A DNA stretch of 64,000 bases from an uncultured bacterium (GTDB taxonomy: Bacteria; Zhuqueibacterota; QNDG01; DTFT01): positions 32,001-96,000 of the forward strand of contig CAVTNR010000009.1 of NCBI GenBank assembly GCA_963736115.1, read 5' to 3'. The translations under genes were made by a program, and so were the position numbers. Of this stretch, positions 8,680 through 18,527 are shown in pieces. Under the pieces are notes generated by a model. That model did no database searches and was not told the DNA's origin. It saw only the letters and a list, made by a program, of their open reading frames with translations. Each line of letters opens with the position of its first letter. The first letter of the stretch is position 1.

Positions 8680-10886
8680 GAACGTCGGCCGGCTTCGACC
8701 GCAATCAGCACAGCCCGGGCCGGACTGCCGCGGGTTTCGGGCTCCGGTCCGTCCTATGGGTCTTCGTTCTCGCAGCCGCATGGATGGCCGCCTCAGTCAG
8801 GGCCGGGACCCTGACCGGCACAATCTCGGACGCATCCGGAAAGCCCATTCCGGGCGCCAACGTGTTCCTGCGGGGGACTTTGCTCGGCGCCGTCAGTGGG
8901 CCGGACGGCGCATTCTCAGTGCCTGATGTGCCGGACGGTGACTACACCCTCGTCGTCTCCATGATGGGTTTCAGGACCGTTTTGAAAAGCGGACTCTCCG
9001 TCTCCGGAGAGACGAAGGAAATCTCCGTCCGGATGAACGAGGCGCCCCTCTCCGGAGATCCGGTCGTGGTGACCGCGTCCAAACACGCCGAAGCCCTGTC
9101 CGCGGCGCACCAGAGCGTCACCGTGATCGGCGCGGAACGCCTGGCGGAGCGCCAGACCCGCAGGCTGGAGGAGGCGATCGGCGCGGTGCCGGGCGTGCAT
9201 TTCAACGAGGAGAATATCAGCATCCGCGGATCGTCGGGCTACAGCGTGTTCAATGTGGGCAGCCGCGTTCTGCTCCTCGTGGACGGCGTTTCCACCGTGA
9301 CCTCGGATCTCGGCGGCATCAACTGGAAGATACTGCCCCTGCTCGACGTGGAACGCATTGAAATCGTGAAAGGCGCGGGTTCGGCCCTCTACGGGTCCTC
9401 GGCCATGGGCGGTGTGATCAACCTCATCACACGCGAGCCCTCCCGCCGCCTCCGCGTGCGTCTGCGCACGCTCGCCGGTGTGTACGACGACCCCGCATGG
9501 CCGGAATGGAAATGGACGGACCGGCGCCTGCATTTCGAGCGCACCGACGTGTCGGTCAGCCGGAGCTTCGGCCCAATCGGCCTCCAGCTCGGCATGACCC
9601 GCCATACGTCCACGGGATACATGGAGAACAACGAAGCCGACCTCTGGAACGTCTCGGCCAAGGCCGGCATCCGTTTCCGCGGCGGTTCCAGGCTCGACCT
9701 GTATGCCGCCCGGATGCGTAACCGCGAGGGCGGGTTCATCCAGTGGCTTTCGCAGAACCGGCCGCTGGAGGTGCCTCCTTACAACAAGGAGGACGCCATC
9801 GAGTACCGGGCCACGGATTTCCATGCCCAATACCACCTGCCGGTCACCCCGCGTTTCGGCCTGAAAGCGCGGGTTTCGTTCCTGCAGACCGAAATGGGCA
9901 ACCAGCTCACGGCCTACAATCCAGGCGCATTCAAGCCTGGACGCGGCCCGGGAATCGAAATCCAGGCCGATTGGCTTCCCGCGCCGGAGCATCATGTCAC
10001 GTCCGGAGTGGAATACAGGCGCGACCTCAGCGGGTCGCAATATTTCGGAGACCATGAGGGATACACCCTCTCGCCCTACGTTCAGGACGCCTGGTCCCCG
10101 GACAGCCGGTTCACGCTGACCGCGGGCGGCCGATGGGACCGGCACGTGCTGATCGGGGAAACGTCCGAGAACCGCCTCAGCCCGAAGATCGGGCTGAACT
10201 TCCGGCCGCGGGAGGGTACGGCCCTGCGCGCAACCTTCGGCGGCGGATTCCGGACCGCCACCGTGTTCGAAAAATACATACGCGCGGATTATTCGGGATT
10301 CAACGTCATCCCCAACCCCGGACTTCGGTCCGAGCATTCCTGGTTCACGGACGCCGGGATTTCGCAGGACATCGGAAACGCCGGCCGGCTGGAGCTGACC
10401 ATATTCCGGTCCGACTACTGGGACATGATCGATCCGGTGATCAATTTTCTCGGCACTATCCAATTCCAGAACTTCGTCCGCGCCCGCGTCACGGGCGTCG
10501 AAGGCGCGGCGGAATTCCGGTTCTGGCGCCGGCGCCTGGGCCTGGCCGCAAACGCGGCCTGGCAGAATCCCCGGGATCTCGAGCGGAAGGAGGACCTCGC
10601 GTACCGGCCCCGGTTCCATGCGGTGATGACGGGAAAAGCCTTTGTGGGTCCGCTCTCCCTGGAGGCGGAATACCGCTACGCGGGCCGGATCCGGACCGTC
10701 CAGCTCAATCCGCTGGACCCGCGTGTGCCCCTGAAACTGCTGGAATTCCGCGCCGGTGTCAAGGCCGGCATCTGGACCCTGCAGGCCTCGGTGCGCAATG
10801 CGCTGAATTATCATTACACGCAGATCGAAAGACGGATGGGTGAAATCCGCAGTGCAAGCATATCCCTGACAGCGGATATCGATTAG
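8676..10886 (+). CDS. TonB-dependent receptor with N-terminal carboxypeptidase-regulatory-like domain
   Basis: GTISDASGKPIPGANV; plug motifs IRG, LLVDGV, ERIEIVKGAGSALYGSSAMGGVINLIT; barrel motif NPGLRSE. Confidence 0.92.
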   Translation: MRTSAGFDRNQHSPGRTAAGFGLRSVLWVFVLAAAWMAASVRAGTLTGTISDASGKPIPGANVFLRGTLLGAVSGPDGAFSVPDVPDGDYTLVVSMMGFRTVLKSGLSVSGETKEISVRMNEAPLSGDPVVVTASKHAEALSAAHQSVTVIGAERLAERQTRRLEEAIGAVPGVHFNEENISIRGSSGYSVFNVGSRVLLLVDGVSTVTSDLGGINWKILPLLDVERIEIVKGAGSALYGSSAMGGVINLITREPSRRLRVRLRTLAGVYDDPAWPEWKWTDRRLHFERTDVSVSRSFGPIGLQLGMTRHTSTGYMENNEADLWNVSAKAGIRFRGGSRLDLYAARMRNREGGFIQWLSQNRPLEVPPYNKEDAIEYRATDFHAQYHLPVTPRFGLKARVSFLQTEMGNQLTAYNPGAFKPGRGPGIEIQADWLPAPEHHVTSGVEYRRDLSGSQYFGDHEGYTLSPYVQDAWSPDSRFTLTAGGRWDRHVLIGETSENRLSPKIGLNFRPREGTALRATFGGGFRTATVFEKYIRADYSGFNVIPNPGLRSEHSWFTDAGISQDIGNAGRLELTIFRSDYWDMIDPVINFLGTIQFQNFVRARVTGVEGAAEFRFWRRRLGLAANAAWQNPRDLERKEDLAYRPRFHAVMTGKAFVGPLSLEAEYRYAGRIRTVQLNPLDPRVPLKLLEFRAGVKAGIWTLQASVRNALNYHYTQIERRMGEIRSASISLTADID

Positions 10887-11104
10887 CACGAAATATGCAG
10901 TCTACTTTTTCCTCAATTTGCCGCTGGACGGCCGCACGGTTGCGGCCGCTTAAGTTATTTATAATAAAATCAAGAGATTCCACGACGCCGCAAATTGCCG
11001 GAAGGGTGCCGGCGTGAAAACCGGCGTCGCATTCGAAATGAAAATCCGTTGTCATCCTGCATTGCAGGGATGAGCGGATGGACAAACATTTTTTGAAGGG
11101 ATAA

Positions 11105-12412
11105 ATGGAAGCCTACAACCTCGTCAGCCTCGCCGGCCTGTTCGTGCTTCTGGGCCTGGCCTGGCTGCTCTCGCCGAATAAAAAGGCGGTGAACGGACGG
11201 GTGGTTTTCTGGGGTCTCGTCCTGCAGGCCGGCTTCGCGTTCTTCATCTTCGTCGTCCCGGCCGGCTCGAAACTGTTCCTGATCGTCAATGACCTCGTGG
11301 TCCGCATACTCGACAGCGCCTCGGCCGGCACCCGCTTCGTCTTCGGCCGGCTCGCGCTCCCGCCTGGAGCGACGGATGAGAACGGCATCGAATCCCTGGG
11401 GTACTTTTTCGCCTTCCAGGGCGTTCCGACCATTGTCTTTTTCTCCTCCCTGATGGGTCTCCTGTATTTTTTCCGGATCATGCCGAAAATCGTCGGAGCG
11501 TTCTCGGCCGTGTTCTCGCGACTGATGGGTATCAGCGGCGCCGAATCGCTGGCCGCGAGCTCCGAGATTTTTCTGGGAATCGAATCGTCCTTCGCCGTGC
11601 GCCCCTACATCGAGCGGATGACCCCGTCGGAACTCACAACCCTTCTCACCGCGGGCATGGCCACCGTTGCCTCCAACATTCTCGCGGTGTACGTCATCAT
11701 GCTCCGGCCGGTTTTCCCCGCCATCGCGGGACACCTGGTCTCGGCTTCCCTTCTCGCCGCGCCTTCGGCCCTCGTCATGTCTAAACTGCTGATGCCGGAA
11801 ACCGGCAGGCCCGAAACGCTCGGCATCCGCGTCGCCCCGGACGTGCCCCGCGAAAGCAATGTGATCGAGGCGATTTTGAATGCGGCGAACGCGGGTGTGA
11901 AGCTGATCGTCGGGATCTGCGCCCTCCTACTCGCGTTCCTGGGCCTGGTCGCCCTGGTGGACCTCATCCTCAACGCCGCGGGCGGATGGATCAACGGCCT
12001 GGCCGGAATCCGCTTCGACTGGTCCCTGAAGGGCCTGCTGGGCATGGTCTTCTATCCCTTCACACTTCTGATCGGCGTGCCGGTTCAGGACGCCGCGGCT
12101 GTCGCCCGGCTGATCGGGGAGCGCAGCGTGGTCACCGAGGTCACGGCCTATCAGGACCTCGCCGGATTGATGCGGCGCGGCGCCCTGGTTCATCCGCGGT
12201 CCATCGTGATCAGCGCCTACGCCCTTTGCGGATTCGCCCATGTCGCGTCCCTGGCCGTGTTCGTCGGCGGACTGTCGGCCCTCGCGCCCTCGCGCCGCGG
12301 GGATCTGGCCCGCCTCGGCCCACGCGCCCTGCTCGCGGCCACCCTGGCCTGCCTGATGACCGCCGCGATCGCCGGGGTCTTCTTCAACCGGGGCATGGTC
12401 GTCCTGCGCTGA
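11105..12412 (+). CDS. nupC: Concentrative nucleoside transporter (CNT/NupC family)
   Basis: FFAFQGVPTIVFFSSL, GMATVA, HLVSAS, EVTAY, YALCGFAH. Confidence 0.92.
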   Translation: MEAYNLVSLAGLFVLLGLAWLLSPNKKAVNGRVVFWGLVLQAGFAFFIFVVPAGSKLFLIVNDLVVRILDSASAGTRFVFGRLALPPGATDENGIESLGYFFAFQGVPTIVFFSSLMGLLYFFRIMPKIVGAFSAVFSRLMGISGAESLAASSEIFLGIESSFAVRPYIERMTPSELTTLLTAGMATVASNILAVYVIMLRPVFPAIAGHLVSASLLAAPSALVMSKLLMPETGRPETLGIRVAPDVPRESNVIEAILNAANAGVKLIVGICALLLAFLGLVALVDLILNAAGGWINGLAGIRFDWSLKGLLGMVFYPFTLLIGVPVQDAAAVARLIGERSVVTEVTAYQDLAGLMRRGALVHPRSIVISAYALCGFAHVASLAVFVGGLSALAPSRRGDLARLGPRALLAATLACLMTAAIAGVFFNRGMVVLR

Positions 12413-12471
12413 AACCGGGTTCCGCGCGGTTGCGCGGGAGTCCCGGAACCCAATTGAACACCGGAGGTTCT

Positions 12472-12663
12472 ATGCAGAGAGTCGTGGTGATGGAACTGCA
12501 GAGTCACTTTCACAAGGACATGGAAGAGCCCTTCCAGAGCTTTCTGGAACAGGGATGGAAAGTCGTTTCCATCCAATCGTCCGCGGCCAATATGAACGAA
12601 TCCAAAGCTGCTTGCTGGATCACTGTATTGCTTGAGAAAGAGGATCCTGCTCCGGCACGGTGA
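12472..12663 (+). CDS. Small hypothetical protein (DUF4177-like, 63 aa)
   Basis: GGAGG RBS before ATG 12472; LEQGWKVVSI...TVLLEK pattern. Confidence 0.6.
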   Translation: MQRVVVMELQSHFHKDMEEPFQSFLEQGWKVVSIQSSAANMNESKAACWITVLLEKEDPAPAR

Positions 12664-12785
12664 TCCCCGGAGATGCGCTGGAACCCGACGCAGTCCGGTG
12701 ATTCGTTCAATGTCCATGGGTGATTCGATGACCGAAACTGAGGCGCAACAAAAAGAACAATCAATCTGTTAAGAGGAGGGATTGC

Positions 12786-13340
12786 ATGAAAATCAAGGGA
12801 ACCGCCATTCTGGCACTGCCCGCCTTCATCCGTCACCAGTTTCCGGACCGCTTCGAAGAATGGCGCGATGCCCTGCCGGCCGGAGCGAAACAGGTGCACA
12901 AGTCCGTCATCCTGGCCTTCGAGCATTACGACGTATTCGACGCGCTCTACGAGCCCACGCGCGTGATGTGCGACCTGTTCTACGGCGGAGACCGAAAAGG
13001 CGCCTGGCATTCCGGCCACTACAGCGCCTCTTACGCCCTGAACGGTTTTTACAAGATCTTCTTCAAGATCGGTTCGCCTCAGTTCATCATCGACCGCGCC
13101 TCGCGCGTATTCAACGATTATTACCCGGAAGGCGAGATGCGCATTTCCGATTCCTCCTCCCACCGCTGCATCCTTCAAATCGTGAAATTGCCCCAACCCC
13201 ACTGGGTTTCGGACATGAACGTCTGGGGCTGGGCCCAGGGCGCGCTGGAACTGATGGGGAAAAAGGAAGTACAGGTGGCGCTGAATCAGTCCCTGTCCGC
13301 GGGCGATCCGCTCTCCGAGTTCGAAATCAGCTGGCAATGA
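12786..13340 (+). CDS. Hypothetical protein (DUF2378/TIGR02265- or V4R-like fold)
   Basis: Strong RBS; N-terminal KIKG; GWxxGALELMG; C-terminal EFEISW. Confidence 0.65.
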   Translation: MKIKGTAILALPAFIRHQFPDRFEEWRDALPAGAKQVHKSVILAFEHYDVFDALYEPTRVMCDLFYGGDRKGAWHSGHYSASYALNGFYKIFFKIGSPQFIIDRASRVFNDYYPEGEMRISDSSSHRCILQIVKLPQPHWVSDMNVWGWAQGALELMGKKEVQVALNQSLSAGDPLSEFEISWQ

Positions 13341-13439
13341 GCGGTCCGCCTGCATCCGGCGGGAAGCGGACGGATGATCCGTCGCTCGAAACCGGATGAA
13401 CAGACGCGGGAATGATTTCAATCCGCAAGGAGGAAGGCT

Positions 13440-14021
13440 TTGAAAAACCTGTCTGGAACCATTCTTCTGACTCTCCTTTTAACAGGAGGAACCGCCATGA
13501 CGCAAAGCCTGTATGATTTCACCCTGAACGACATCACGGGGAAACCCGTGTCCCTGGCCGGCACTGCCGGCAAGGTGGTTCTTGTCGTGAACACGGCCAG
13601 CAAATGCGGATTCACGCCGCAGTACAAGGGGCTGGAGGAACTGTACCGGGCCTACAAGGACAGCGGGCTGGTGATCCTGGGTTTTCCGGCCAACAACTTC
13701 TTTTTCCAGGAACCCGGTTCGGACGGAGAGATCCGGCAGTTCTGCACCCTGAATTACGGCGTGACCTTCCCCATGTTTTCAAAAATTTCCGTCAAGGGAA
13801 AAGGCCGGGCGCCGTTGTACAAATGGCTCACGGAGCAGAAAACGACGCCCGAAGGCCCTGGCGCCATTTCCTGGAACTTCAACAAGTTCCTCGTCAACCG
13901 CTCCGGCCGGCCGGTGTACCGGTTCGGCTCGAAGGTCGAACCGCTTTCGGACGAACTGGTCACGGCCCTGAAGAAACTGCTCGCGGAGCCGGCGCCTTCG
14001 GGTTCCCCCGCAAAAGAATGA
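13440..14021 (+). CDS. gpx: Glutathione peroxidase (Cys type), probable signal peptide
   Basis: VNTASKCGFTPQY, LGFPANNF..QEPG, WNFNKFL. Confidence 0.93.
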   Translation: MKNLSGTILLTLLLTGGTAMTQSLYDFTLNDITGKPVSLAGTAGKVVLVVNTASKCGFTPQYKGLEELYRAYKDSGLVILGFPANNFFFQEPGSDGEIRQFCTLNYGVTFPMFSKISVKGKGRAPLYKWLTEQKTTPEGPGAISWNFNKFLVNRSGRPVYRFGSKVEPLSDELVTALKKLLAEPAPSGSPAKE

Positions 14022-14166
14022 AACGGAATCGGACCGGCGCACGCCGACGTGCGCCGGTCGCGACAGGGCTGCCATTTCCCTCCGCTCGTTGACGGCATGC
14101 GCCGCATGGTCCGTACCGAAGAAAATTCCTTGCTTTTTCCCTGCCTGAATCCTATTTTATCCATCT

Positions 14167-15100
14167 ATGACCGACGCTGTAATCACTGTTGAAAACCTGC
14201 ACAAGTCCTACGGCCCGCTCAAGGCCGTGGATGACGTGTCCTTCTCCGTTCCCTCGGCCTCCTGCTTCGGCTTTCTGGGCCCGAACGGCGCCGGCAAGAG
14301 CACGCTCATGCGCATCCTCTACGGGATGGCCGAACGCGAGCGCCGTCCCGGAACATCGGTGCGCGTGTTCGGATTCGATCCCGCGCAAAACGAACTCGAC
14401 ATCAAATTTCTACTCCGGTGTGGTGCCCCAGGACAACAACCTCGACGAGGAACTGAACGTCGAACGGAACCTGCTCGTGTATTCCAAATTCTACGGAATG
14501 GGAAGACGCGAGGCCGACCGCCGCATCGACGAACTGCTTTCATTTTTTGAACTGTCCGAAAAGCGCAAGGCCAGGATCCGGGAACTCTCGGGCGGCATGA
14601 AGCGACGGCTGACCATCGCCCGCGCCCTCCTGCACGCGCCGCGCCTGCTCATCCTCGACGAGCCGACGACCGGACTCGACCCGCAGGTCCGCCACTTGAT
14701 CTGGGACAAGCTCCGCCAGCTGAAAAAAGACGGCATGACCATCCTGCTGACCACGCATTACATGGACGAGGCGTACCAGCTCTGCGACACGATCCTGATC
14801 ATGGACAAGGGCCGCAAGGCCATGGAAGGCCCCCCGCAGGAACTGCTCGACAGCCACATCGAGCGGTATGTCCTGGAGATCGTCGGCGCGGAAGCGGCCC
14901 GGGATCTGTCGGCCGCGCCCGTGCCCGAAGGCGTCCGGTCGGATCCGTCGCGGGACCGCGTGGTTTTCTATTCGAACGAAGCCCACGTGCTCAGGCGGAT
15001 CGCGAAAAACCTCGGGCACGGCGAATACCATCTTCGCGAGTCCAACCTGGAGGATCTCTTCCTCAAGCTGACCGGGAGGGCGCTCAATGAGCTCCAATAA
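14167..15100 (+). CDS. ABC exporter ATP-binding subunit (NodI/DrrA-like), split by a frameshift at ~14407-14410
   Basis: Walker A GPNGAGKS in one frame; [22 protein letters not shown] in the next; one extra T in aaa-tttc-tac. Confidence 0.88.
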
Positions 15101-15866
15101 GCTTCCCTCCCTCGGCCACCGGCTTTACAGCGTCTGGTTCCGGCATGTGCTCGTGTACACGCGGAACCTGGTCAGCAACGGGCTTCCACCCTTCATGGAC
15201 CCGTTGATTTTTCTCGCGGGCGTCGGGCTCGGCCTGGGCCGGTACATCGTGTCCATGGACAACCTGCCCTACATCCAGTTTCTCGGATCGGGCCTGCTGG
15301 TGACATCGTCGATGTACACCTCGGCGTTCGAGTGCACATACGGCACCTTCATCAGACTGGAATTCGACAAGGTATACGAAGGCATGCTGTCCGCGCCGAT
15401 CACGACATCGGACCTCATCGTCGGGGAAATCCTCTGGGCCGGTACCAAGGGATTGTTCTTTTCATTCGCCGTGTGCGTGGTGTTCGCGGTGTTCGGCGTG
15501 ATCCCGCTTTCCGCGAGCGTGCTCGCTCCGTTCGTGGGATTCCTCACGGGCCTGATGTTCGGGGCGCTGTCCCTTCTGATCACCTCTTTCGTCAACACCA
15601 TCAATCATTTCAGTTTCTATTTCACGGGCGTGCTGTCGCCCATGTTTTTCTTCTCGGGTGTGATCTTTCCGGTATCCAATCTGCCGAAACTCATACAACC
15701 TGTCGCCTGGGTCCTGCCGCTGAGTCATCCTGTGTCCATTGCCCGGGCTTTGACTGTGGGTCATTTATCTCCGGTTCTCCTCTTAAACCTCCTTTATATC
15801 ATATCACTTACAGTCATCACCGGATATTTTGCAGTTCGCCGGCTGAGGAAACGTCTGGTTCAATAA
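15087..15866 (+). CDS. ABC-2 type permease (NodJ-like)
   Basis: Hydrophobic multi-TM protein; [25 protein letters not shown]; overlaps the ATPase stop. Confidence 0.9.
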   Translation: MSSNKLPSLGHRLYSVWFRHVLVYTRNLVSNGLPPFMDPLIFLAGVGLGLGRYIVSMDNLPYIQFLGSGLLVTSSMYTSAFECTYGTFIRLEFDKVYEGMLSAPITTSDLIVGEILWAGTKGLFFSFAVCVVFAVFGVIPLSASVLAPFVGFLTGLMFGALSLLITSFVNTINHFSFYFTGVLSPMFFFSGVIFPVSNLPKLIQPVAWVLPLSHPVSIARALTVGHLSPVLLLNLLYIISLTVITGYFAVRRLRKRLVQ

Positions 15867-15885
15867 ACTCACACAACAAGTAATT

Positions 15886-15946
15886 AAAAATATTGACTTT
15901 AGATTCAATATTTTTTAAATTGTTCTGTATTGGCTTATTAGTACAC
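15886..15946 (+). promoter_or_regulatory. Promoter and putative operator of the GntR/YtrA gene
   Basis: TTGACT-N17-TAAATT overlapped by inverted repeat aaaaatattga/tcaatattttt; downstream TGTA-N12-TACA resembles YtrA boxes. Confidence 0.6.
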
Positions 15947-16001
15947 TGTCTTTATCGAGAACTCCCATTTTTCGATAATTCGACTACAGGAGAGACGACT
16001 C

Positions 16002-16388
16002 GTGAATTTTATCAGGGACAGATCGATTTATCTTCAGATCTCGGACGATTTTTGCGATAAAATTCTGACGAGAGAGTGGAAACCGGGGGATAGAATTCCG
16101 TCAGTCAGAGACATGGCAGCGACCTTTCAAGTCAATCCCAATACGATGATGAGGGCTTACACACTCCTTCAGGAAAAGGGGATTATCGTCATACGGCGAG
16201 GCATCGGCTTTTTCGTCTCTGAAGACGCCTACGCGTACGCGACGGACCTCCGGAAGGACGATTTTCTGAATCGGGATCTTCCCCGGTTCTTCTCGACACT
16301 CCGGTCTCTGAACCTGAATCTGGACGATCTGAAAAACCGTTACGAGGGGTTTTCAAGAAGGCAGGAATCCCTTTCGTGGGAGAAATGA
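16002..16388 (+). CDS. GntR-family regulator, YtrA subfamily
   Basis: IYLQI...PGDRIPSVR..A..FQVNPNT..RAY..L...G...RRGIGFFV with a short C-terminus. Confidence 0.9.
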   Translation: MNFIRDRSIYLQISDDFCDKILTREWKPGDRIPSVRDMAATFQVNPNTMMRAYTLLQEKGIIVIRRGIGFFVSEDAYAYATDLRKDDFLNRDLPRFFSTLRSLNLNLDDLKNRYEGFSRRQESLSWEK

Positions 16389-16488
16389 CCTGCCCCCGGA
16401 TGATGGCTCGGATGAATTGATCTGACTCGCTTGTATCGGGGGAACATAATTTCAGCGGGCGCACCCGTAACCGGTCATCACTCCGGTG

Positions 16489-17763
16489 TTATCTTAGATG
16501 CCGGTCCGCGAATTGGATTATGGCCGCCCAGTCCACGGGAGTCATGGAATGCCGGCCCGGCCGGATGAACCAGCCAAGCTGCGATTTCACGAGTTTTCCT
16601 TCTTTCGGCATGCGCCTCGCCTTCAGCCCCTGAACTCCCAGAAATTCGTAAACAACGCCCGCTCGTTTGGCCATCTCAAACACGCCTTCCGGATTTCCCC
16701 AGGTATCCTCAGTCGCGGCTGTCAACAGAACAGGCCTGGGCGCCAGGAGCGAGAGAAGGGCGTGCTGGTCGAAAGGCAGTCTTTCCGGAGCGTCATTGAA
16801 TTCGTGGAACGCCCCGCAGAACCAATGCGGGAACTTCGTGTTGATAATCCGGACGGACTCTCCGACATGGGAACGGTCCGGCGCCGCGCCTCCGCATCCG
16901 GTCTGATGGCCGATCACGACTGACAGCCGGGTGTCGAGCGCGGCGGCCAGCAGGGCGGCCTTGCCGAGCCGCGAGAACCCGACCACAGCGATGCGTCCCG
17001 GGTCGATTTCCGGTACCGTGATCAGATAATCGACCGCGCGGGAAATCCCCCACGCCCACGCCGCGATCGTTCCCCAGTCATGCGGGCCCGGTTCGGTGCG
17101 TCCGTTCACCGGAATTCGATAACGGACGCCATCGCGCAGGTCGGGGTTGTCCGGCTCCACATCCCCCCGGTAGAAAGTCGCGACCGCATACCCCCGGCTG
17201 ATCGTCTTCTCGATGCACCACTCATCGGTTCGGGTTCCCCGGCCCGCTTCCGTCGCGCGGTTGTCTGTCACGCCCGGGCTTTTCTCGGACATCCAGCCCG
17301 CTGGGAGGGCAACCGCGGTGTCGTTCAGAAGCGTATGGTTCCCGTCAAAATTCGCGCCCACGAAGCAGGGAGACGGCCTGCGGCCCCGGTTGGGCACGAC
17401 AACCATGAGCCGCATAACAATAGACGGTTCCGTACCAAGGCGGATCTCGACTTCGCTGAGCGTGGCTTTTCCTCCGAACGCGGCCGGATTCGTCCGCCGC
17501 ACGGCCGCGCGGAGTTCCGCCGGAGCCGGAGGCGGAAATCCGTACATGTAATGCTGGAACAGGTTTTTCAGTTCGGGCACCCGTTTCCCGTACCAATCCT
17601 CAACGGATCGAACCGGGCTTCCGTCTGCCATGACCAGCGGATCGGGAAAATCCGGGACGGACGGAAGGCTGTCGAAAGGCGCGTAGGACGGCTGGCTGAG
17701 ACAGGCTGCCGCAAAAAAAGTCAGAATAATGCGGATCGGGCGGCTGATCGTTCCTATTTTCAT
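16489..17763 (-). CDS. Secreted carbohydrate esterase family 15 (glucuronoyl-esterase-like)
   Basis: WGTIAAWAWG, GFSRLGK, GCGGAA, FPHWF, PFDQH, APRP, GRH. Confidence 0.85.
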   Translation of the reverse strand: MKIGTISRPIRIILTFFAAACLSQPSYAPFDSLPSVPDFPDPLVMADGSPVRSVEDWYGKRVPELKNLFQHYMYGFPPPAPAELRAAVRRTNPAAFGGKATLSEVEIRLGTEPSIVMRLMVVVPNRGRRPSPCFVGANFDGNHTLLNDTAVALPAGWMSEKSPGVTDNRATEAGRGTRTDEWCIEKTISRGYAVATFYRGDVEPDNPDLRDGVRYRIPVNGRTEPGPHDWGTIAAWAWGISRAVDYLITVPEIDPGRIAVVGFSRLGKAALLAAALDTRLSVVIGHQTGCGGAAPDRSHVGESVRIINTKFPHWFCGAFHEFNDAPERLPFDQHALLSLLAPRPVLLTAATEDTWGNPEGVFEMAKRAGVVYEFLGVQGLKARRMPKEGKLVKSQLGWFIRPGRHSMTPVDWAAIIQFADRHLR

Positions 17764-17891
17764 GTCTCCTCCGTACGATGAAGGGATCGAACCCTTATTA
17801 ATATCGATAAAACAGCGGACACATGCAATCCGGATTTTATGCTTGATTTTTCCGGGCTGGATGGGTATTTTAAAAAAATACAGGAGCGGAT

Positions 17892-18401
17892 ATGCCCTCT
17901 TCCCGCGTCACCCGCAAGCAGGAGAACAGCAAATTGTGTCTGGTCTGCGGGCTTCAGAATCCTTTCGGATTGAAAACCTCCTTTTACGAGACGGAGACGA
18001 ACGAGCTGGTCGGCATTTTCACGCCGGGCGAAACGCTCCAGAGTTATCCCGGGCGCCTGCACGGCGGCGTCACCACCGCGATTCTCGACGAGACCGTGGG
18101 ACGCTCGATCAATGCGAACCGGCAGGACATGATATGGGGCGTGACCGTGGAATTCACCGTGCGGTTCAAGAAGCCCGTTCCGCTGGATACGGAGCTGAAA
18201 GTCGTGGGCCGCATCACGGCCGAAACGAGCAGGACATTCGAGGGTCAGGGCGAACTGATCCTGCCGGACGGCACCGTGGCCGCCATCGGTACCGGGAAAT
18301 ACCTGAAACTGCCTCTTGATAAAATCGCGGATTTTGATTTCGATGAACAGGACTGGAAGATCGTGCCGTCGGAGAAGGATCCGGGGAGCGTGGAGTGGTA
18401 A
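17892..18401 (+). CDS. PaaI-family hotdog thioesterase
   Basis: CLVCG..NP.GL, SYPGRLHGG....LDE, RFKKPVP. Confidence 0.9.
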   Translation: MPSSRVTRKQENSKLCLVCGLQNPFGLKTSFYETETNELVGIFTPGETLQSYPGRLHGGVTTAILDETVGRSINANRQDMIWGVTVEFTVRFKKPVPLDTELKVVGRITAETSRTFEGQGELILPDGTVAAIGTGKYLKLPLDKIADFDFDEQDWKIVPSEKDPGSVEW

Positions 18402-18408
18402 GAAATCG

Positions 18409-18490
18409 GTTCCGAGTTCCGAATTCCGGGTTCCGAGTATACTGACCAGTCAGAAGCATTTCTTTCGACCCGGAACTCGGAACCCGGAAC
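18409..18490. repeat. Inverted heptamer tandem repeat between convergent genes
   Basis: (RTTCCGR)x4 at 18409-18436 and complementary (CYCGGAA)x3 at 18469-18490. Confidence 0.8.
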
Positions 18491-18527
18491 ATTTTGAATG
18501 CTTGGCGAAAAAAACGTACTTGTTCCT

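Noticed and set aside
10887-11104. Purine riboswitch upstream of nupC
   Set aside because: No GTTTCTACC or equivalent core; only generic hairpins.
13600-13612. Selenocysteine in glutathione peroxidase
   Set aside because: The active-site codon is TGC (Cys).
14404-14410. Programmed -1 frameshift at AAATTTC
   Set aside because: The heptamer is in the wrong phase and a +1 correction is needed; an indel error is simpler.
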